Part shown: in pieces, positions 24,775 through 37,523 of the stretch
Layout of the letters: each line of letters opens with the position of its first letter
How positions within the stretch are numbered: the stretch's first letter is position 1
Source: Anthoceros angustus
Lineage: Eukaryota > Plantae > Anthocerotophyta
Direction: 5' to 3'
Length of the DNA stretch: 64,000 nt
Assembly (NCBI GenBank): GCA_010909165.1
Contig: VJWM01000107.1
Location: 496,001-560,000 of the forward strand
Notes under the pieces: model-generated
The model's database searches: none
Told to the model about the DNA's origin: nothing
Seen by the model: the letters and a program-made list of their open reading frames with translations, nothing else
Translations under genes and position numbers: made by a program

Positions 24775-27689
24775 GGTTAGAAGCAAGTTTCTGACTTGCG
24801 ATGCTGTCCAGAAACCAAAGGGAGACTTGTCTCTCCGTGAACGTCACATTGTCTTTACTGGTGCTCGAGCTCTGAAATTTGATGTTCGGGGATTATCCTC
24901 TTTCTCAAGGAGAGATGGAAAAGCCCTTTTTGGTTGTCAAAAGCATTGAGCTAAAGATCAGATTTTACCCATTTGGTACCGGTGAAGGCACTTGTCAAAC
25001 GGGCTGATAGAGACGTCGTGGGACATAAGAATCTAACACCATAATTTTTGAAGGAGGTGAATAATCTCGATGGGGTTTCCGTAAATAATCTATGAACGGG
25101 GGTTTTTGATGGCCCATAAAACAGCATTTATTAGTCATTTTGAAAAACATCTTCGAAAAAAAGGTATCACTCAATAAAGTTACTACTTTCCTATCAGCAA
25201 TGTTTCTGTCGAATGGTGGTCACAAACTCGAACGTATGGGATTAATGCAAAGTGGGACCTGTGAGGAAGGCCGTTTCTGCCGGGAAGGGACGACCGTAAA
25301 TTTAGTTTTGGAAGGAAAATGTGGTTTAGTAAGGACACAACAAAAGCCACGGACAGGGTATTTCCAAAACACGGTAACATCTGAAACCGGACGTACAACA
25401 TTCACTCTGGGGCCCGGGACAAACCGTGATTTGAGTTTCATTCATCCCCAGAGTTCAATCCTTCGTCATCACTTGGTTCAGCTTCTCCAGCATTGTCATC
25501 ACTATCTTCAGCGGCACTTTGACTCGCAAGCTGTATGAAACCGCGCAACTTACAGAGCTTATCCTTATCGCTTTTTTGTCCACCGCATACAAATGTTTTC
25601 GTGCGTTCAACACAAACCCAAAATACAGGATGACTGTTTCATTCACAAATACCTCCTGTATGTTTTTTGGGTAATGGACCTTATTCCTTTTTTCCTCGGC
25701 ATTGGACCAGATAGGTTGGCACTCTGGCGGACTATGTATTCCTGCACATCTCTCCCTTTGTACGCATCTGTGTGCTCGGTCCGATACCAGTGGATAAGAA
25801 AGTGACACTACAACGAAACCATGCCCTTTACTAACCTCTGATTTATGGAGAGATGAGAGAGTGGAGCACTTTATCGTTTTACTACGGGGGTTTCTGGGCC
25901 AATTATTTTTTAGGAGTATAGCCCTAGACTTTACAACATGGGTTGCGTTGTTTTACTATGGTGGGGTTTCGCCACGACTCAATACGATGACGTGGCAGCG
26001 CCGAAAGTCCGTTGAAAAGGGGGCAATTGAGGTTCAGAACAAGATGGAGGACTTTACTACGCAAGTAGGGAAATTACTATAGGGGGTTTTACAAAGGAAT
26101 CCGTTTTTTACTACAACCTTGTGTTACAACGTTTACCTTTTCTAAGGGTCTTATTTACTAAGCGAGTTCTAAACCCTACACGCCTTGATTTACAACGGAT
26201 TTATTTTTATATTGTAGAATTTCCGTATGGGATCACTACGGGCATATATGACACACGCAATGTGCTGTCTTTTACTAAGTTATTAATTGGATTACAACAT
26301 GGCCTTTTTGCGTCCGTTCAGGGTTTGCCACAAACCACGATTGAAAACCCTTCCATGTTCACACTAATGGGGTTTGGGCCAAAACGCGCCTTTATGGCAT
26401 CTCACAGAAGCCTCATGGTATCTCGCCGCTCGGCCACCCATTGGAGAATCCGGAGTCCATGGCATGCATCAATTCGAGCATCGAATCTATCTCCGAAAGG
26501 CAACGGCCCACTACCATGAACCGCGGGAATTCTAGGAACTCGCATCCGGACATCTGAACAATTCTGGGCATCTTCCGCGGTCACGATGGTGTCGCGTGGG
26601 GAGTTGACCCCGACCGCCCATGCGTGTTCAAAGGTGGCGCGGATGGTGGCCTCGGCGGTGTACTCGCCACCCATCTCCGGAGACCACCGGTCTGCGCGCC
26701 GATGCTTGTTAATCACAACCACAACCACAGAAACCAAACACATGTGACCATCGAAATGCCCGATTAGGGGTTTGGAGTCGCGACTTTGTTGCGGACAGCG
26801 AAGGCAACATGCTCACCGTAATCGCGCCCAATCTCCGTAATCGCGAGGGCTAATCAGAATCACCTCCTTCAAGATAAGTCGCATCCGACGATGAGAAGAG
26901 GCCTCGAGGCGGTGGCCTCTTCTTATGGCCTAGACAGCCAAAGGCTGCCGCCACGTGTCTTGATCAAGCAGGCGTTTGTTCTGATCCAACGGCATGCCGA
27001 ATGATGCGTTGCCTGTGCTCGTGCTTCTAATGTAACTCGAGTGGTCAAAGATGACTTGAGTGGTCAAGGCTTGATAAAGAACCCTCAGCCGTAGTTCCAT
27101 GAGTGCCTTGTGCGGATTAGGGTCCTTGGGTTTAGGTGTTTCCATGTGACTTACCTTATATTACTTGGGAACATTGCGCGTATGAAATTTTCAAGGACAA
27201 GGACAAGCACTAGTAGGTAGGGTCCTTGGCCTTTGGGTTTACGATCTGCGGCGGGGCTGCTGAGCCGTTCCCATGGTACAAGGATACATTACCTTAAATA
27301 CACATCCGAGTCGGCAAAAATCATCTAAGGGCGGAACGCGGTGGGCCGGCAGCTGAACGCTCGCCTCACCGAGTTCCCGCCCAAACCCTAAAAAGCCATC
27401 ATAGGCTGAGAACCACGTCCGGACGGGGTGGAGCGATCGATCGGCGACCACGAATTCTAGGGAGACCAGGAGAACTTACCACGCTGTTACAACTAGGACA
27501 CTTGGGCGGTAAAGCGGGCGGGAGGAGGGATTGACGCCACATCGCCCTCATTTGGAGTCCATGGGGATATAGGGTAAGGGTGCACACTCCTCGGCGGATC
27601 GCGTTGTGTCCCATGTGAGCTGCAAGTGTAGCTATAGGCATGCCTTTCGTTTCAGTGCTCTTGTTAATCACAACCAACCATGGGTCCGG

Positions 27690-30600
27690 ATGCCAAAATC
27701 GCAGAAGATCGAGCGCGAGACGAACAAGGACACTCGGCGCTTGGCGGCGATCGCAATGGTTGCGGAAATCTTCGTGGAGGCAACCGTGGAGGGGATGACT
27801 GGTCTGGACCCAAAGTTGGTTGTACTTGACAAGAACATGGAAGTGGCTGCCGCTTTTCTTGGACCGTCACCCGGGAGATTGAAGGGCGCATGGCGGAATG
27901 TTAAAGCATCACGTGACATGTCTGTGTCCGTTGGCAACAGCGAGAATGAAGAGCCAGCAAAAAAACGGGCTTCAAGCGGGCATGGGGATACTCGCGGGCG
28001 CAAACGGGGCGGTGGGAAAGGCAGAGATGGAACGCGGCCGGTGGCCGGGCTTGGTGCCGATGGCCATGGAAGAGCCTGGACTAGCCAGGTTCACACCACG
28101 GCCAGCAAGCGTGGCCGTGTGTGCACACCTGCCCGAACATTGGGGCGGCCCAAAACCCGTGCTGCCACTGCGATGGCAAAGGCCGCCGCTGCTTGCTCTG
28201 GGTCTGATGGTGATGTTGGGCAGGAGTCATGGTACAAGGACAGGGTCTCTGATGAAGATGCCTCGGATGAGGAGCGCCCGAGTAACAGGGGGACAGAGGT
28301 GGAGTCTGAATCAGACATTGACGAGGAAGGCGCCGCAAAGTGAGGCAGTCAAGCTGGGTCTATGCCCCGGGGCGTTATGGGCGATGTATGACTTCGCATG
28401 CAGAAGAGTCTGGCGCCTCGCAATCACAGGCAACAATAAGGATTTCGACGATGACATGGTGGTTACCTCGCCGCTAACCACGATGGGGGTGGAACATGAT
28501 GAGGGGCGGTAGGGATCGCCCAAGCGGTGAGACGGACCAACCTAGCGCGGTTAGCGGTGTACCACACAGTCAGAAAAAGCCAACAATGTGGGCAAATTTC
28601 ATGCGGCATGTGAAGTCTGCAAATGCGGAGAACCCTTCGGCTGGAGAAGCCGCTGCAGACCCTACCCATGCTGACAGTGTGAACGCTGGATTTGGTGTCC
28701 GTCCTGACATTGGAGATTGTGTTGCCACGAGTGCAGGTGTCTTACTTGGTGGTGCAGAGTTTCAGCATCTTCCTCGTGATGAAGATGTTGAGGAAGATGT
28801 TGAGGACACCCTTCCTCCTGAATGCCGGGATGTGGAGGTGAAGGGCAAGAGGGGTCCAAAGCAGAAGAGGGTTCATCATATCTCCCACGAAGTGTTGCCC
28901 GAACATCTGCATCCTTTTGGTAAGTACGCAACTTGCAGTTCATGAAATCTTGTTAGGGTTACAGTGGGGTACATATTTATCCAGGCCTGAAATTCAGGTG
29001 TGGATCCAGGTTTCGTTCAGCAGGCCTGGATCAGCCATGATAACCCGGCATGGTTCAGGCCTGTCCTAACGTTCGGTAGTACTAACCTGGTTGCAGCTGC
29101 GCTTGTTTTCCAGGGTTCATCTACCATGAGAGTCCCTCGTACTTACCCATGAAGGACAGAGTCCATTTTGCGGTCCGGTACATATGCAATCCACTCATAC
29201 ATCCCTTTTGGAAACAGACTGAAGCCATCCAGCTTCATGTTGAGACATGTATCAGGCAAACTATGACTAGGCCATGGGAGTTTCAGCCTATTGTCCTGCA
29301 GTTTTTGAGCATTAATTTGAAGTATTGGAGGAACAATGTTAGAAAGGAGGCCAGGTATCATTTGCAGGGGAAAAAGTCTGACCCCCATTATGTCCCGAAG
29401 GTGTAGCGAGTTCACACCACGGCCAGCAAGCGTGGCCGTGTGTGCACACCGCCCGGACATTGGGGCGGCCCAAAACCCGCGGCCGCCACCGCGATGGCAA
29501 AGGCCGCCGCCGCTTGCTCTGGGTCCGATGGTGATGTTGGGCGAGTCATGGTACAAGGATGGTCTCGATGAAGATGCCTCGGATGAGGAGCCTGTGGGGA
29601 TGAGGTGGAGTCTGAATCGGACATTGACGAGGAAGGGCGCCGCAAAGTGAGGCGCTAAGCCGGGTCTATGCCCCGGGCGCAGGGCGATGTATGACTTCGC
29701 GAAGAGTCCGCGCCGCAATCACTGTGCAACAATAAGGATTTCCGACGATGACATGGTGGTTACCTCGCCGCTAACCACGATGGATGGTGGAACATGATGA
29801 GGGCTGAGATCGGTAGGGATCGCCCAAACGGTGAGACAGACCAACTGGCGCGGTTAGCGGTACCACATGTAAAAGCCAACAATGTGCGATGTGAAGTCGC
29901 AAATGCGGAGAACCCTTCTGCTGGAGAAGCCGCTGCAGAGCCTACCCATGCTGACAGTGTGAACGCTGGATTTGGTGTCCGTCCTGACATTGGAGATTGT
30001 GTTGCCACGAGTGCATGTGTCTTACTTGGTGGTGCAGAGTTTCAGCATCTTCCTCGTGATGAAGATGTTGAGGAAGATGTTGAGGACACCCTTCCTCCGA
30101 ATGCCGGATGTGGAGGTGAAGGGCAAGAGGGGTCCAAAGCGGAAGAGGGTTCATCATATCTCCCACAGTGTTGCCCAACATCCGCATCCTTTTGGTACGC
30201 AACTTGCGTTCATGAAATCTTGTTAGGGTTAGTGTATATTTATCCAGCTGAAATTGTGTGGATCCGAGTTTCGTTCAGCAGCTGGATCGCCATGATAACC
30301 CGGCATGGTTCAGCTGTCCTAACATTCGGTAGTACTAACACGCGCTTGTTTTCCGTGGTTCATCTACCATGAGAGTCCCTCGATTTACCCATGAAGGATG
30401 AGTCCATTTTGCGGTCCGGTACATATGCAATCCACTCATACATCCCTTTTGGAAACAGATGAAGCCATCCAGCTTCATGTTGAGACATGTATCAGGCAAA
30501 CTATGACTAGGCCATGGGAGTTTCAGCCTATTGTCCTGCAGTTTTGAGCATTAATTTGAAGTATTGGAGGAACAATGTTAGAAAGGAGGCTGTATCATTT

Positions 30601-31125
30601 GCGGGAAAAAGTCGACCCCATTATGTCCCGAAGGTGTGAAGGAGTATTGGGATGTGTTTTGAAGGAGGAGCAAGACAAGATAAGTGGAGTTGTGGCTCCT
30701 AGCCAAGAAAACCGGCCGCCATGAGCGGGATGAAGGAGGTAGGAAGCGGTTCATATTCATGCTTTGGGTACGGAGGTCGGAAGGGTTTTTAGACAGTTTA
30801 AAGCGAAGTACTCAAGGGACCCAAGCGAATGAGATAAGGGCTGTAGGAAGTAATCATGGGTCTTGGCTTTCAAAGTGAGAGTGTATTGGAAGGAGTCCAA
30901 AATGGAGCGACCCTTTTGGGTCCGTTGGTGGTGTAAATGGGGAGAAGGAGAAGGCTAATGTGGTGTGGGACATGTTGAAGGAGGCGAGATATCGATCGAT
31001 GAATGCGATGGGAAAGTCATGGAGGCCATCATGAAGCACAATGTTGCTGAGGACGGGTGGATGGTGAGGGAATATCTTCCCCGCAAATTGGCAAAGGATG
31101 CCGAGGCTGCTAAGGATGCATAAGC
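27690..31125 (+). pseudogene. Broken CACTA-internal ORF (possibly TnpA-like), with internal tandem duplication
   Basis: Acidic/basic low-complexity ORF fragments followed by LKYWRNNVRKEARYHL; located within the TIRs; no recognisable TnpD catalytic domain. Confidence 0.4.
28089..30637. repeat. Tandem duplication of about 1.3 kb (28089-29404 and 29410-30637)
   Basis: Both copies run from GTTCACACCACGGCCAGCAAGC to CCCATTATGTCCCGAAGGTGT and differ mainly by small indels. Confidence 0.9.
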
Positions 31126-31409
31126 CTGCTTCAGATGAGAGTCCTGCTTCTTGTCTTTAGACACCCTGTGTTTGTCCATGCTTTTCTGTTCTTTGCTAAT
31201 GGCTGCTTTTTTTGCAGTTGGAAAACTTTTGGGGCTCTGCCATAGAGATGTTGTGTCTGTGGAGAAGACACAAGTGCACCTTGTGCAATGCGAGGATGAG
31301 CCGAGACTCGAATGATGGCGTGGTCTAGATAGTAGATTCGCCATATTTTGTGAACAAACTCCTAAACACTCTAAGCCCTTTTCTTTTACAAATGCTTTTA
31401 GGGATCATT

Positions 31410-31660
31410 CACTTACTACGATACTTTTACTACAGATGTTTTACTACCGCTTTTCATTTCAGGCGCTTTACTATAAGGGTTTTACTACATTGCTTTTACT
31501 ACAAGAGTTTTACTACTTACTTTTACTACAAAAGTTTTACTACATTGCTTTTACTACAAGAGTTTTACTACATTGTTTTTACTACAAGAGTTTTACTACA
31601 TTACTTTTACTACCAGAGTTTTACTACATTACTTTTACTACAAGAGTTTTACTACAGTCG
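31410..31660. repeat. CACTA subterminal tandem array of TTTTACTACA-based units
   Basis: Alternating TTTTACTACAAGAG and TTTTACTACATTGC/ATTAC units, more than 10 core copies. Confidence 0.9.
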
Positions 31661-32484
31661 TTTAAATTAGACCACAGTTAATTAACCATGGTTTATTCAC
31701 ACCAGTTAATAAACCATGGTTTGTTAACTGATGATTTAAACCTGACACGAGTTAATAACTAATCATGGTTAAAATAGATTTACCCCCGTAGTAAACGATG
31801 AAAGTAATTTATGTCGTAAATTACACTGTAGGCAGTAACTAACCGGTGTACGTGAAGAGAATACATCATATTAAATTATAGTATTTATCCCTATATACGG
31901 TATGAGGACATTACCACGGAAATTAACGCTTTGTCTTTACTACGGGTGTTTTACTACTGGAGTAGTAATTACATAGTAAAGTCCGTTGTAAAGTCCGTTG
32001 TAAAGGTTATGTTTTCCTTGTAGTGTGAGGTCGTGGTGCATTTAGCTTCGCGTCAATGACCTCCCCAATCCAGAATGGCCTGTTATGCATGTCCGTAATG
32101 CACGGCACTACCAGAAACATCCCCTTCCGGATTTCCGTTATGTCCCCATTCATCCGCGCCATTTCCCGCTGTTGCCTTCCCGCATTTTGATATGCCCCCA
32201 AGTACATATCACACTGTGGGAGGTCTCTCAATAATGCCTCATCGAGCAAAGGTTCATCCGACACTTGAAGTGGTCGGGCTGTATGATCCACTTTTGCACG
32301 TGAAAACCACTTCCAAGGACGCTCTAGCACTAGCCTGATATTATTCTCCACAATGACAACCATCTCCTTCTGGTCCACCCAAAAGGCTTCCCACCACTTG
32401 TACTCTTCAGCAGTCACCTATGGACGCAAATCTTTTAATCCTTCCTGCAAATGGGCCACAATTTTCGTCGGTGATAGGACACCT

Positions 32485-32563
32485 GCCGTTCCCTTCATGT
32501 CCCCCCTAGCTCCACCCGCATGCACCGACGGGTGGTGCTAGGGGGGGACATGAAGGGAACGGC
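32485..32563. repeat. Near-perfect inverted repeat (about 34-bp arms, 10-nt loop)
   Basis: GCCGTTCCCTTCATGTCCCCCCTAGCTCCACCCG ... CGGGTGGTGCTAGGGGGGGACATGAAGGGAACGGC. Confidence 0.9.
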
Positions 32564-33226
32564 CGCAGCACACCCTGCCCATGGGCGCTAGCATTGCCTT
32601 AAAGCCCAAGTGGTTGCATTGAGTGCCAGACGTTGGCATGGGCGCATGGGCAACCAACTTCCTTCATTTTAAGGACGCTGGCATTGCCTTAAAGCCCAAG
32701 TGGTTGCACTGAGTGCCAGAAGGTTGAAGACCACGACTGGCGAGCTTTTGGATGAAGGTCGGCAAATCCTAAATGTTGTGTGGCAATCGACATCATCGGA
32801 AGCTCAGCCCAAGAATTATACTAATGAATGCGAGCAAGCATTGGAGGAGAATGACAGCTTTGACGCCGAGGATATGGACCGCCTTCGGAATTTGGTGGTG
32901 GTCCTTGACTCTGTATCGGAGCAAGGCATGAACGAGTTGTCAAGCCACCCTCTTGAATGACTTTTGTTGATGCTGATGACCACTTCCTCCTTTAGCAGTT
33001 GTTTATTGCAAAGTTTTCACGAATACTGAAATGACACTCTCGCAAGTACAAGCATGATTTTTATTGTGTTCCACCACTTAAAAAGTGAATGTTTTCGGTT
33101 GCAAAGAACAGATGTAAACGGCAGCCCACTGTGCATTCTACAAAAACGCATACGGCCCCGCACCCTACAGTGCTCTAGTTCTGGGGTGTAAAATTGAAAG
33201 TGCGTCTTTTATCAAAGGTATGGACT

Positions 33227-33555
33227 GAGAAAGGGTGTGCCCATTATGAAAGCTTGGCAGATATGCTATCGCAGGAAGGGTGTAAACTGTTACAAGGGGG
33301 TGCTGTTTTGATCAAGTTACTATATTCCCCCCTTCAAAAATATCATGTTATCCCCTTGTTATCCCCTTTTTTGCCTGGGAAGATCTTACGGATCGAGAAA
33401 AGGTGTGCCCATTATGAAAGCTATGATATGCTATCGCAGAAGGGTGTAAACTGCAAGGTGCTGTTTTGATCAAGTTACTATATTCCCCCCTTCAAAAATA
33501 TCATGTTATCCCCTTGTTATCCCCTTTTTTGCCTGGGAAGATCTTACAGATCGAG
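33227..33555. repeat. Tandem duplication of about 165 bp
   Basis: Two copies of GGTGTGCCCATTATGAAAGC...GCCTGGGAAGATCTTAC. Confidence 0.85.
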
Positions 33556-33829
33556 ACCTGCATTAGTTCAGAAGTACTGGCTAGTCTTCTAAACTGGCCT
33601 AGCACGCACAATTTATTGCTCAAAGTGCACCACCAACCCACAAGACGATACCTTGTTGTGTCTGCGTGGTGGATGCACATTCCACAGGATTTGGTGCCAC
33701 TCTGTCTATAGCAGAGCTACTTCCACTTGCCAATACAACGAATTTTACTTCAAATTTTCCACGTTTTTTGCGACAGCCATGAAGTTAGCCTGCAGGAAGA
33801 GCGAAGTGTAGAGTTTTAGTACCAGCGAT

Positions 33830-34320
33830 GAGACTTAATGGTAGATATGAGCAGAAAGTGGCGGTGTTAGGTGCATTATCGGATGAGAAAAGGCGGCTAA
33901 CTGCCAACAACTCCCAACAACTCCCAAGGAATAATTAAGGGAGCTGTAATGTAGGAAGGATGACACTGAGCAAGGTCAGTCTGTGGCAGGGGCTTGAGTT
34001 GTGAACCTCAGGCTTCTTGATTCTTCTCCAGGAATATCTCTTCGGTGCACTACAAATTTGACCATTCGAACGAAGATCTCGTCTTCACTGTACATTTGTC
34101 TTGCCATGGATATGCAGATAGACGAGTTCAAATCCTTTCTCCCTGCCAGAGTTATTGCTGGATAGGCAGATACGGGGAGCAAACTTAGATAAATGAGGCT
34201 CCAAGCAAGTTTGTCACGTGCTATGCTGTCCAGAAGCCAAACCGAGGCTTGTCTCTCCTGCGAACGTCACATTGTCTTTCCTGTTGCTCGAGTTTAAATT
34301 TCCATATTTGGGGATCATTT
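33830..34320 (+). pseudogene. Internally deleted BTB-like array copy
   Basis: Retains the shared upstream block and the start ATGGATATGCAGATAGACGAGTTCAAATCCTTTCTCCCTGCCAG (34106), joined directly to sequence matching the last codons and 3' flank of copy 1. Confidence 0.8.
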
Positions 34321-35345
34321 TTGGGGATCATCTTGAGATAAGAAAAGCTCTTTCTGGTTTCCAAAGGATGAAGTCACATGTCAGACACCCTGAGCGAGAA
34401 ATTGTCATCGACTTTTCATGCTGGGAAGACCTTTCAGATCCACGCACTGTGCGTTAGAAAGCACTAACTAGTCTTCTAAACTGACCTCTGTACATTTTAT
34501 TGCTCAAAGTGCTCCACCAATCCACAGACAAAACCTTGTGATGTCTTCGTCGTAGGTGCACACTCCACAGGATCTGGTGCCACAGTGTCTTCAGGATCTC
34601 CAGCCACTTCCACTTACATAACAAGGTTTACCTACGGTTTCTTCGTTTCTTGCGATAGCCATGAAAATTGTCGGCAGGGGCGCTCGTGAGGTCATAGAGC
34701 TCCAGAGTTTCTTGTTTCATGACAATGCCTGTTGTCAACAGGAGCTTGCTGAAGTCACATGTAACAGGGCTGAGCGGCATACGGACATGCGTACCCAGCC
34801 ACCCAAGGCAGGCCTGGGTAGAAATTGCAAGGTGCAGGGCCCCAGCGTCATTGAGAAAATGAGAAATTTATGGGTCTCGCTCAATGTACGTGCTCTCCTG
34901 AAACAGAAACAGGGAGGGAAATACAAATACTCGACTCCAAGGCGTGCAACACTGCAACATAGCCAGTAACCCTACATGCAAATTGATGGTCGCAGTCCTC
35001 CTTATGACCATCATGGCAGTAACCTTCTCTCATCCTCCTTGTACCCACATGAGACTTAATGACTCCTTCATGGTAGTTGTCAGCACAAAGTGGGGAGAGT
35101 TAGGTGCAAACATAGTATTCGGATGAGAGAAGGTGGTTACATAACCGCCAACAACTCCGAAGGACCAGTTAAGGGAGCCAGATCCTAGACGTCGGCGGTC
35201 TAAACTCATGGGCTAAATAAAGCAGGAGGGAGGACACTTTACAGCTTGACATGCCTGGGCAGCGGCTTGAGTTGTGAACCTCAGGGCTTCTTGATTCTTC
35301 TCCAGGAATCTCTCTTCAAATTTGATCACTGACCATCGTCTAGCC

Positions 35346-36802
35346 ATGGAGCATATGAAGATAGGAAGGTTCAAATCCCTTCTCCCTGCCAGCGATGTGC
35401 TGGTGGTGCTGTGCTCGCACAAGACGGCGATCTTCAACATTAACCGCGAGGTTGAGAAAATGATCTGCGAACTCGATCTGCACTCCCATGTGCTTAGGGC
35501 GCAGTCGGAGTACTTCCGGGATAAACTTCCTGTTGGAAATGTCCCGCCAGCAAACAAAGACATGAGGTGATGACTCCCGCACCCCCGCTAATCTTCTGGA
35601 ACCCGATGAACGCTGCCACTCGGTTGGTAAACCATTGGATTAGGATTCGTGCTAGGTCGGTTTGACGACATTGGTGGAAACTTTCAGCTTTCCAGGCCAG
35701 CTGCACAGTTGCTAACCACGTGTTGTGAGCTGTGATTCACAGGACCACGGTGCCGCTCATGTGCATGGACTCAGCGCAGCCAGAATTGTCTTCCTACTTG
35801 AATTGCTTGAACGGCATGTATCAGGCTCATTTTTATGGAGATTCTGTGAGCAGCTTGACGCAGATGAGTAGTGTGGCAGAGGCTTTAGCTTTTCTGAAAG
35901 CAGCGACCGCGATCGGGTTCAGTGCCGGGGTGGAAGCCTCATGTCGCTACATTCGAGCTGCGACTTTGACGTCTGCTGAGAAGGAATCTCTTTCAACGCA
36001 TTTCAGCTCCGTCAAGGTTCCCTACCCGAAAGGTAGAGTGGAACTGGAACTATGTTTTTATCACCAAGGCATTCTTGATGTCTTCAGCTGCAAGTGTTAC
36101 CTCGTGAAAACTGCTCTACTGAACCAGTGGAAAGAGGCACTGGCTTGCTGGCGCGTAGGAGGCGAATCTTGCACGGAGGCTCCTTCACCTATTCCTGGGG
36201 ACCTTCCTAAAGTATGGCTGACAAGAAAGACATGCTACAGGATTATGTGGTTGCTGGAAAGGGCTGACGATGTCGGCGTCGCAGGCAGGTGCATTGAGTA
36301 CTTGGTGCAAGAGGACTACTTGGTCCTTATGCTCCGTCAGTACATTCGGGCTTCAAAGAAGACAACAATGTTTCATAACATAATGAAACATGAAGTAGAA
36401 GCATTGGCTGAAGCACTCTTCTTCATCTGGCTGCGAATCTCGGACGCCCTATCAGAGGGCGCGGACGAGAGAATCGAGATCTGTGACGATGTCACCGAAC
36501 GGGGTGCCTTGCTTCAGAGTTTGCATGTATTCGAGAAGATGTTCCGTAATCCACATGCGCGCCATCACTTTCGAGTACTCAAACACAGGGAAACTAGGGG
36601 TCTGCATATGGCTTGTCCTGATAATAGTATCCCCATGCCCAAATCTTTGCTGTGGTATATCAGGGCATTCTCGGATGGACCGGGTGACCCGAAGCTAGCC
36701 ATGCAGAGCTCTATTGAGCGTCTCACCAGTAAACACCCGGCATATCTTTTAGGGCTCGCCATGCTGGATGTGCAGGTACGGGAAGCAAACTCAGAAGAAT
36801 AA
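35346..36802 (+). CDS. Divergent BTB/POZ-like protein, array copy 2 (exons 35346-35566, 35743-36802)
   Basis: LPASDVLVVL...LHSHVLRAQSEYF; collinear with copy 1 over its whole length. Confidence 0.6.
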
Positions 36803-36994
36803 GGTTCCAAGCAAGTATGTCACATGCAATGCTGTCCAGAAGCAAACATATCTAGAGGCTTGTCTCTCTGTGAACGTCACATTGTCTTTCCTGTTTCTCA
36901 AGTTCAAATTTAATATTTGGGTTTTATGTCGCTTTGGTTAAACGAGCCTGTTTCTCCTGTTTCTCGAGTTAAAAGACTCAATAGTTGGGGATCT

Positions 36995-37277
36995 AATAAC
37001 GCTTTACGGACAGCGCCCAATCCGGGCTAACCAATCCCGGATACGGTGGTCATAACCCCCTAGTGTAAACCCAGCCGTAGGAAGCGAGAGCCGACTCTTA
37101 CAGTCTCGAACCAGCCCATTTCCCGAGTACACATTAAGTTGCTGGCGCTGCACGATGCTCGGACTTCCAGCACATCAACATGAAATACATATTCTATAGC
37201 CTGCTACCTAGCCATGGGCCCAGTTTCGAGAAGTGTAGGGCCCGTGTTGAATGCAGTTCTCGGCCCCGCTCCTCACA
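36995..37277. mobile_element. Possible solo-LTR-like insertion of about 280 bp
   Basis: Sequence unrelated to the BTB unit, ending ...CTCCTCACA immediately before a 5'-truncated BTB fragment; other terminus and TSD not identified. Confidence 0.3.
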
Positions 37278-37523
37278 GGTCAGAGCCTTTATGTATTCCA
37301 GAGGATGTTCGGTAATCTACATGCACGCCATCACTTTGGAGTACTCAGATACGACGAGACCAGGGTTTGGCACATCGGTAGCCCTGAAAGTGTCCCCGTG
37401 TCCAAAGAGAGAAGCGGTGACCCAAAGAAAGCCATCCGGAGATCTATTGGGCGTCTGGCCTGGCAACCTGGCTCTCCTGACAGTTCACTTGGGAGTTTGA
37501 CCACTTTGTATAGGAAAAGGTGA
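37278..37523 (+). pseudogene. 3' fragment of a BTB-like array copy
   Basis: GQSLYVFQRMFGNLHARHHF...GDPKKAIRRSIGRLA matches the C-termini of copies 1 and 2. Confidence 0.8.

Larger units (their letters stand above)
25806..32025 (+). mobile_element. CACTA (En/Spm) DNA transposon, about 6.2 kb, non-autonomous or degenerate
   Basis: Left end CACTACAACGAAACCATGCCCTTTAC; right end (reverse complement) CACTACAAGGAAAACATAACCTTTAC (22/26 match); 3-bp TSD TGA at 25803-25805 and 32026-32028; TTTTACTAC subterminal repeats at both ends. Confidence 0.92.
25000..32520 (-). pseudogene. Degenerate, probably TE-derived ORF/element split by the CACTA insertion (coding parts about 32026-32510 and 25550-25805)
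   Basis: Removing the CACTA element and one TSD joins ...RPFWIGEVIDAKLNAPRPH to FLIHWYRTEHTDAYKG in frame; internal stop and frameshift; outer limits approximate. Confidence 0.5.

Noticed and set aside
31350-31681. F/Y/T/L-rich ORFs, and a regular repeat array superficially like CRISPR
   Set aside because: Translations of the CACTA subterminal tandem repeat; no unique spacers, no cas genes, eukaryotic context
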